Shown in pieces: positions 57,785 to 64,000 of a DNA stretch of 64,000 bases. The notes below the pieces were generated by a model. The model saw only the letters and a program-made list of their open reading frames with translations. It was not told the DNA's origin and did no database searches. The first letter of the stretch is position 1, and each line of letters begins with the position of its first letter. Position numbers and translations under genes: made by a program. This stretch comes from an uncultured bacterium (GTDB lineage Bacteria; Desulfobacterota; DSM-4660; Desulfatiglandales; JALVMZ01). The DNA is taken from positions 1,950-65,949 of the forward strand of contig CBFDUE010000005.1 in assembly GCA_965613025.1 (NCBI GenBank), given 5' to 3'.

Positions 57785-58944
57785 AAGGAAGGCTAAAGGC
57801 TCTTCGGGATGAATTAAACAGGGAAGAGGAACATAGACTGTCTCCCTGGGCCACTTTCAGCAGACAGGCTATAAGAAGGAGAAAGGAAAAGGAACTGGAA
57901 GAGGGCCACAGGCAGAACTTTTCAATTGATACAGACAGAATCCTCCATTCCTTAGCATACTCCCGTTATATTGATAAGACTCAGGTATTTTATCTTATAA
58001 AGAATGATCACATAACCCATAGGGTCTTACATGTGCAATTAGTCTCCAAAATTGCCCGCACCATAGGAAGGCTTTTAAGGCTTAATGAAGACCTTATTGA
58101 AGCAATATCTTTAGGGCATGATATAGGCCATGCACCCTTTGGCCATGATGGAGAGAAATTTCTATCTGATATCTCTATTCAATATGGTATAGGCCCGTTT
58201 TTACACAATGTCCAAGGAGTCAGATTCTTAGAGAAGATTGAAAGAAAAGGAAGGGGATGGAATCTTACTTTACAGGTCTTAGATGGGATACTTTCTCATA
58301 ATGGTGAAATTCATATGCAGAGACTGGATCCATTTAGAAAAAAGGATTTTAATAGATTTGATAGAGAGATGATTCAAAAGATAAAAGATCCTAAGCTGGA
58401 TACAATACCCATGACCTTGGAAGGATGTGTAGTCAGGATGGCAGATACCATAAGCTATATTGGAAGGGATGTAGAAGATGCCATAAGGTTGGGAATTATC
58501 AAAAGGGAGGAGCTGCCCAAGGAATGTGTTAAGGTTCTGGGAAATACCAATGGGAGCATTGTGTATAGATTGGTTGAAGATATAGTAGCACATAGCCTGG
58601 AGAGGCCCTACATATCGTTTAGCACGGAAGTGGCAGAGGCCCTGAGAAAACTTAAATCCTTCAACTACAGATACATATATACTAATAAAAAGGTAAAGAG
58701 TCAGCAGGAAAAGATAAGGCTTATGTTTGAGCTGCTTTTTGAAAGATATCTAAAAGATCTAAAAGAGGGCAATGAGGACTCAGATATATTTAAGGAATAC
58801 TTAAAGGACATGTCAGAGGGCTATCTGAGTGAGAATAGTCCCGAAGAGATTGTAAGGGACTTCATATCAGGTATGACTGATGAGTATTTCCTCTCTCAGT
58901 GCAAAAAGTTATTTCTACCTGAGATAAGATTTATGAGAATTTAA
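57772..58944 (+). CDS. HD-domain dGTP triphosphohydrolase-like protein
   Basis: D.DRILHS....R...KTQV, THR..H..LVS, GHDIGHAPFGH.GE, AD.I.Y...D.EDA, DFISGMTD. Confidence 0.85.
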   Translation: MQSSQGRLKALRDELNREEEHRLSPWATFSRQAIRRRKEKELEEGHRQNFSIDTDRILHSLAYSRYIDKTQVFYLIKNDHITHRVLHVQLVSKIARTIGRLLRLNEDLIEAISLGHDIGHAPFGHDGEKFLSDISIQYGIGPFLHNVQGVRFLEKIERKGRGWNLTLQVLDGILSHNGEIHMQRLDPFRKKDFNRFDREMIQKIKDPKLDTIPMTLEGCVVRMADTISYIGRDVEDAIRLGIIKREELPKECVKVLGNTNGSIVYRLVEDIVAHSLERPYISFSTEVAEALRKLKSFNYRYIYTNKKVKSQQEKIRLMFELLFERYLKDLKEGNEDSDIFKEYLKDMSEGYLSENSPEEIVRDFISGMTDEYFLSQCKKLFLPEIRFMRI

Positions 58945-59023
58945 AAATTTTATATTATTTTATTGACAATTAGATAATCAGTAGGATAAAAACAAAAACA
59001 ATCCTAAGGAGGCACAATTTACC

Positions 59024-59854
59024 ATGTCCCAGGACCTTAAAACAAAAGAGATTAAAGAGGGAGAGACCATACTTAAGCTGGAAGATATTCACATGTATTT
59101 CGGTAAGGTGGCAGCCCTTTGCGGTGTGAGTTTAGAGATAAAGAAAGGGGAGATTCATTCCATAATCGGACCTAATGGTGCTGGAAAGACCGTTATGATG
59201 AACTGTATTAATGGGCTTTATAAGCCTCAAAGAGGCAATATCTATTATAAAGGGGAAAAGATAGATCATCTAAAGCCATATGAACGAGCAAGACTTGGGA
59301 TTGCAAGGACATTTCAAAAGATAGAGCTATTTGGAGGAATGAGTGTCCTGGATAATATCCGTCTTGGAAGCCATATTCATCTAAGGTCAGGAATTATTAG
59401 TGGTTCCATATGGATTGGTAAGACAAAACAGGAAGAGCTTGAAACCCGTAAATTCATAGAGGAGGAGATAATAGACCTTTTAGAGATAGAGAGCATTCGC
59501 CATAAAACTGTCCATATGCTTCCCTATGGGTTGCAAAAGAGGGTGGAGCTGGCCAGAGCCCTGGCACTCCAGCCTGAACTATTAATCCTGGACGAACCCC
59601 TTGCAGGCCTTAATCTTGAAGAAGTGGAAGATATGGCCCGATTTATATTGGATATAAACGAAGAGGAGAGATGGAAGGTTACCTGTATATTAGTAGAACA
59701 TGATATGGGAGTTGTTATGGATATATCCCATAGGGTATTTGTGCTAAATTTTGGATATCCTGTTGCAGATGGCCCCCCTGAGGAGATACAGAAGAATCCA
59801 GATGTGATAAATGCATATCTGGGTGAAGAAGATCTCTATGCCACAAGGAGGTAG
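59024..59854 (+). CDS. LivG-type ABC transporter ATP-binding protein
   Basis: GPNGAGKT, GIARTFQ, LPYG.QKRVELARAL, LDEP, VEHDM, V..AYLG. Confidence 0.92.
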   Translation: MSQDLKTKEIKEGETILKLEDIHMYFGKVAALCGVSLEIKKGEIHSIIGPNGAGKTVMMNCINGLYKPQRGNIYYKGEKIDHLKPYERARLGIARTFQKIELFGGMSVLDNIRLGSHIHLRSGIISGSIWIGKTKQEELETRKFIEEEIIDLLEIESIRHKTVHMLPYGLQKRVELARALALQPELLILDEPLAGLNLEEVEDMARFILDINEEERWKVTCILVEHDMGVVMDISHRVFVLNFGYPVADGPPEEIQKNPDVINAYLGEEDLYATRR

Positions 59855-59860
59855 AGGTAT

Positions 59861-61786
59861 ATGAGCAACGGATCACAGATAGAGATCAGCAAAGATCTCA
59901 CAATACCCAAGTTATTTCTAAAAAGGTGTAAAAAGTATTGGGATAAAAAGGTGGCAATGAGGGAGAAGGAATTTGGTATCTGGATCCCCTATACCTGGAA
60001 AGACTATTATGAAAATGTAAAATACCTCTGCCTTGGAATGGTCTCCTTGGGGCTTCAGAAGGGAGACAAGGTGGTGATGATGGGGGATAATAGACCGGAA
60101 GGGCTTTGGGCAGAGATGGCAACCCTTTGTGCAGGAGGAATAGGGGTCTGGATATTTCAGGACTGTATGATAGATGAGGTGAAATATATAGTAGATCATT
60201 CAGATGCCAAATTCTTTGTAGGTGAAACCCAAGAGGAGGTGGACAAGGCCTTAGCGGTAAAAGACGAATGCCCTAAGCTCCAGACCATCATCTGGGATGA
60301 TCCTAAAGGGATGAGAAATTATCACCAGCCATTTCTTATAAGCATAAAAAAGGTCCAGGAGCTTGGAAGAGAGCTTGACAAAAAAGAGCCTGAGCTCTTT
60401 GAAAAGATGATTCAAGAAGGGCATGGCGATGATATATGCCTTTTATTCTATACATCTGGCACCACTGCCCTACCTAAGGGAGCGTTACTTAGTCATTGGA
60501 ATATGCTTAATATGGGAAAGAATCTGATGGCAGTAGATCCCTGCTATGACACTGATGACTTCGTCTCTTATCTTCCCTTTGCATGGATTGGCGAGCAGAT
60601 GATGTCCATATCATGTGGACTTCAGGTTGGATATACCCTGAACTTCCCGGAAGAGCCAGAGACTGCAAGAGAAAATATAAGGGAGATAGGGCCTCATGTG
60701 ATGTTTGCCCCTCCAAGACTCTATGAAGGCCTAACACGACAGGTTCAGGTAAAGTATATTGATTCTACCTGGATCAAGAGAAAGTTTTATGAGTTTGCCA
60801 CCAAGGTGGGATATAAGATTGCAGATATGAAGTTTGAAAAGAAACCCATTCCTTGGTATTGGAAGGTATTAAATTGGATTGCCTATATAACGGTTCAGAA
60901 GAAATTAAAGGACCATCTGGGTATGTCAAGGCTCCGTCATGCATATACGGGAGGTGCTGCAATGGGGCCGGACCATTTTAGATTCTTCCATGCTCTTGGA
61001 GTTAATTTAAAGCAGATATATGGACAGACAGAGATATCTGGTATATCCATAGTCCATAGAGACGGTGATGTGAAATTTGATACTGTGGGAAGACCCATTC
61101 CAGGCACTGAAGTCAGGATAACCGAAGATGGAGAGATCATATCTAAGAGCCCTTCAGTATTTCAGGGATATTATAAAAATGAAGAGGCCACAAAAAAGAC
61201 CTTAAAGGATGGATGGCTCTACTCTGGGGACAAAGGTTTTATTGATGAAGATGGACACTTAGTGGTATTTGATAGATCTAAGGATGTTATGACACTTAGT
61301 GACGGAAGGCTCTTCTCTCCCCAGTACTTAGAGACCCGTCTTAAATTCAGTCCTTTTATCCAAGAGGCATGGGTAATTGGAGATAAAAGACCCTATGTGT
61401 GTGCGGTAATATGCATTGATTACTCTGTTGTGGGCAAATGGGCGGATGAAAAGAAGATAAACTATACCAGTTATCCAGAGTTATCACAGAAAAGGGAGGT
61501 ATATGATCTGGTAAAGAGTCAGATAAAAGAGGCCAATAAGGATCTTCCTGATGTGGCAAAGATAAGGAAGTTTGTAAATCTCTTTAAGGTATTTGATGCA
61601 GATGATGATGAACTTACCCGAACCAGTAAACTCAGAAGGAGATTTGTGGAAAAGAGATATAAAGATATTGTGGATGCCCTATATGGAGATACCGATAATG
61701 TGCATCTGGATATCACCATCACCTATGAAGATGGAAGAGAGCAGAGGATAAAGACCGATTTAAGGGTAGAAAAATTAGAGGATTAA
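59861..61786 (+). CDS. Long-chain acyl-CoA synthetase-like AMP-binding protein
   Basis: YTSGTT..PKG, YGQTE, GWL.SGD.G..D.DG.L...DR.KD, LTRT.KL.R. Confidence 0.9.
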   Translation: MSNGSQIEISKDLTIPKLFLKRCKKYWDKKVAMREKEFGIWIPYTWKDYYENVKYLCLGMVSLGLQKGDKVVMMGDNRPEGLWAEMATLCAGGIGVWIFQDCMIDEVKYIVDHSDAKFFVGETQEEVDKALAVKDECPKLQTIIWDDPKGMRNYHQPFLISIKKVQELGRELDKKEPELFEKMIQEGHGDDICLLFYTSGTTALPKGALLSHWNMLNMGKNLMAVDPCYDTDDFVSYLPFAWIGEQMMSISCGLQVGYTLNFPEEPETARENIREIGPHVMFAPPRLYEGLTRQVQVKYIDSTWIKRKFYEFATKVGYKIADMKFEKKPIPWYWKVLNWIAYITVQKKLKDHLGMSRLRHAYTGGAAMGPDHFRFFHALGVNLKQIYGQTEISGISIVHRDGDVKFDTVGRPIPGTEVRITEDGEIISKSPSVFQGYYKNEEATKKTLKDGWLYSGDKGFIDEDGHLVVFDRSKDVMTLSDGRLFSPQYLETRLKFSPFIQEAWVIGDKRPYVCAVICIDYSVVGKWADEKKINYTSYPELSQKREVYDLVKSQIKEANKDLPDVAKIRKFVNLFKVFDADDDELTRTSKLRRRFVEKRYKDIVDALYGDTDNVHLDITITYEDGREQRIKTDLRVEKLED

Positions 61787-61796
61787 GGGGAGGGTT

Positions 61797-62681
61797 ATGG
61801 AACTATTTTTGATGACAGTAGTAACTGGAATTATGGTGGGAGGAATCTATGCACTTGTGGCACTGGGATGGGTATTGATATATAAGTGTTCAGGAGTGCT
61901 AAATCTGGCAATGGGCGAGTTAACACTTATTGGTGCATATGTAACCCTTACTTTCTATGAGTGGGGGTTTCCTTTTATTTTGGCTGTACTTTTCACCTTA
62001 CTTATCGGCATTGCGCTTGGAATACTTACAGAGAGGATTTTTTTGGATAAATTGATAGGAGAGCCCATACTTGCGGTCATCATGGTTACAGTGGGGCTTT
62101 CCTTTTTCTTTAAGGGATTAGTGGAATTTATCTGGGGAACCGATACACGTGTATTTGAGCCTCCCATATTTTCCATAAAACCCATAACCATTGGTTTTTT
62201 AAAGATCTCTCCTGTGTATCTATGGTCATTTATCCTTGCTATTGTCCTATTAATTGTCTTTGTGGCCTTCTTCAAATATACCCGTTGGGGTTTAGCAATG
62301 CAGGCCACGGCAGATGATGAAACAGCTGCTCTCTCCTTAGGAGTGAGTGCCCGCTTTGTTTATGCTGCTGCATGGTCCATTGCCTTTATGAGTGCAGGAG
62401 TTGGTGGAGCACTTCTTGGAAATATTAATGGGATAAACATATCAGTAGGATACTTGGGCCTCTTAGTGCTCCCTGCAGTGGTCTTAGGTGGGCTCAATTC
62501 TGTTCCTGGAGCCATTGTAGGTGGAATAATAATAGGGGTGCTTCAGAATCTGTCTGGAACCTATCTGGATAAATACTTCCCTGGTGGGGTTAAGGAGATA
62601 ATGCCCTTTGCATTTATGGCAGTGTTTCTGCTCTTTAAGCCTTATGGGCTTTGGGGATGGGAGAGGATTGAAAGGGTTTAA
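61797..62681 (+). CDS. LivH-type ABC permease
   Basis: G...G.IYAL.ALG...IY....LN.A.G, T..G..M.A.A, VLGGL.S..GA..GG. Confidence 0.9.
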   Translation: MELFLMTVVTGIMVGGIYALVALGWVLIYKCSGVLNLAMGELTLIGAYVTLTFYEWGFPFILAVLFTLLIGIALGILTERIFLDKLIGEPILAVIMVTVGLSFFFKGLVEFIWGTDTRVFEPPIFSIKPITIGFLKISPVYLWSFILAIVLLIVFVAFFKYTRWGLAMQATADDETAALSLGVSARFVYAAAWSIAFMSAGVGGALLGNINGINISVGYLGLLVLPAVVLGGLNSVPGAIVGGIIIGVLQNLSGTYLDKYFPGGVKEIMPFAFMAVFLLFKPYGLWGWERIERV

Positions 62682-62706
62682 AATCATAATTTAAGGGGGG
62701 AAATGG

Positions 62707-63807
62707 ATGTCACAGGTCTGGTTGCCATGTGGACAGTATCACGAATCTTATGAAAAGGATCAGGGGTGGTGGCAGACAACATTCATAAAGTTTAAAATGA
62801 TTCTTTTACTTGCTGTGGTATTTATTGGAATACCCTGGCTTATGCCTGAATACTGGATAGGTGTTGCCACTATGGTCGGCTATACTGCTATGGGTGCCAT
62901 GGGAGTACAGCTTCTCATCGGTTATACAGGACTTATTACACTTGGGCATGCAGCATTTATTGCAGTGGGAGCTTATACAAGTGTAATGCTTATATTGAGG
63001 GTTCCCTGGCCCTCTTTTATAATAGAGTGGGGGCTTGCATATCCCATAAGTATTGTGATTGCAGCAGTTGTGGCAGGGCTTTGGAGTGTGCTGTTTGGCC
63101 TTCCATCTGCAAAGGTAAAGGGATTTTATCTGATCTTAACCACCATGGCAGCCCAATTTATTACTGTTGACTTCATTCTTACTCAATATGTAAGCCAGAT
63201 AGGAGGAAGGGGACAGGCCTTTTCCCTTCCTCCTGGCACCATAAAGATAGGACATGCAGTCATAGACAGCGAGAGGGAAATATATTATCTTGCTGCCATA
63301 CTCTGCACATTGATGGTCATTGTGATGGCGAATCTATTGCGCTCTAAGGTAGGAAGGGCCTGGGTTGCCATAAGGGATAATGACATCGCTGCTGAAACCT
63401 TAGGGATAAATATTGTCTGGTATAAACTGCTTGCCTTCTTTGTTGCAGGGGTTATGGGAGGGGTTGCAGGTGCATTCTGGGTAAGTAATACAGCAGCCCT
63501 TAGTCCGGAGCATTTTCCGTGGTTTTGGTCTCTTTGGCTTGTAGGTGTCATCCTGATTGGAGGGGTTGGTTCCATACATGGGGTATTTTTCGGCTCCCTC
63601 TTTATGGTACTGGTAATGGAACTATTGCAGTGGGCAGTAATTCCCCTTTCAGAATACTATCCTAAGCTTCTCGTTGATTTTTCCTTTATCAAGGATATGG
63701 CTTTTGGCCTTGCCATATGTGCATTCTTGATTTATGAGCCCAATGGATTGTCTTATAGATGGTGGCAGATAAAGAACTATTTTAATCTATGGCCCTTTTC
63801 TTATTAA
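62707..63807 (+). CDS. LivM-type ABC permease
   Basis: GYTG...LGHAAF..VGAY, G.YL...T, S..GRA..AIRDN..AAE..GI, GG.GS..G. Confidence 0.9.
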   Translation: MSQVWLPCGQYHESYEKDQGWWQTTFIKFKMILLLAVVFIGIPWLMPEYWIGVATMVGYTAMGAMGVQLLIGYTGLITLGHAAFIAVGAYTSVMLILRVPWPSFIIEWGLAYPISIVIAAVVAGLWSVLFGLPSAKVKGFYLILTTMAAQFITVDFILTQYVSQIGGRGQAFSLPPGTIKIGHAVIDSEREIYYLAAILCTLMVIVMANLLRSKVGRAWVAIRDNDIAAETLGINIVWYKLLAFFVAGVMGGVAGAFWVSNTAALSPEHFPWFWSLWLVGVILIGGVGSIHGVFFGSLFMVLVMELLQWAVIPLSEYYPKLLVDFSFIKDMAFGLAICAFLIYEPNGLSYRWWQIKNYFNLWPFSY

Positions 63808-63909
63808 AAATCTATTCTTAGAAGGGGGGTGAAAATGGAAGCAGAAAAAGATATCTTTTGAGTATTAACTTAAAGTGTTTAACATGAAATCTTTAAAGGG
63901 GGGAGAGAT

Positions 63910-64000
63910 ATGAAAGGTCTAAAGAGTCTTTTAATAGTTCTTTTGGGTTTAACTTTTATCCTTTCCATTCCTTCCACATTACTTGCAAAGCAGATAAAGA
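63910..64000 (+). CDS. Probable ABC substrate-binding protein (3'-truncated at window edge)
   Basis: GGGGGAG SD, then signal peptide MKGLKSLLIVLLGLTFILSIPSTLLA/KQIK; follows livH/livM-type genes. Confidence 0.65.
   Translation, partial: MKGLKSLLIVLLGLTFILSIPSTLLAKQIK

Noticed and set aside
1-64000. Remaining 60-200 aa ORFs antisense to or nested within called genes
   Set aside because: They have no recognisable motifs and are best explained as shadow frames of well-supported genes.

Overview
AT-rich (roughly 40% GC by eye), gene-dense bacterial chromosome segment. Gene content suggests an anaerobic Desulfobacterota/Deltaproteobacterium, and heavy AGA/AGG use may indicate a thermophile (both inference). 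Housekeeping blocks are selA-gmhA, ispF-cysS-uvrB, rpsB-tsf-pyrH-frr-uppS-cdsA-(uxs)-dxr-rseP-tsaB-psd-pssA-rsmD-coaD, tRNA-His and tRNA-Thr. Accessory modules between them: (1) a cstA operon with two paralogous small adaptor proteins and two ArsA/Get3 ATPases, one with Asn in place of the catalytic switch-I Asp; (2) a decayed islet at 5.5-7.3 kb (IS1634-type MITE with TSD, DUF2283 TA pair, RelE::integrase chimera, antitoxin pseudogene); (3) an MntA-HepT pair abutting a truncated GNAT gene; (4) a DUF2080-GNAT-BzdP/BzdQ-like activase operon; (5) a ~14 kb divergent cluster joining a Mo-hydroxylase, MFS, SGNH, GNAT-like proteins, a HisC-like aminotransferase and ThiF to a partner-switching module (NMT1-type SBP, Cache-HAMP-SpoIIE, RsbW, STAS); (6) five copies of a modular MITE family with shared ends and swappable interiors, which supplies stop codons to two genes and a new start codon to a third. 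The window ends in a Liv-type ABC transporter/acyl-CoA ligase operon. No CRISPR array or rRNA was seen. All family assignments come from recalled motifs, not database searches.
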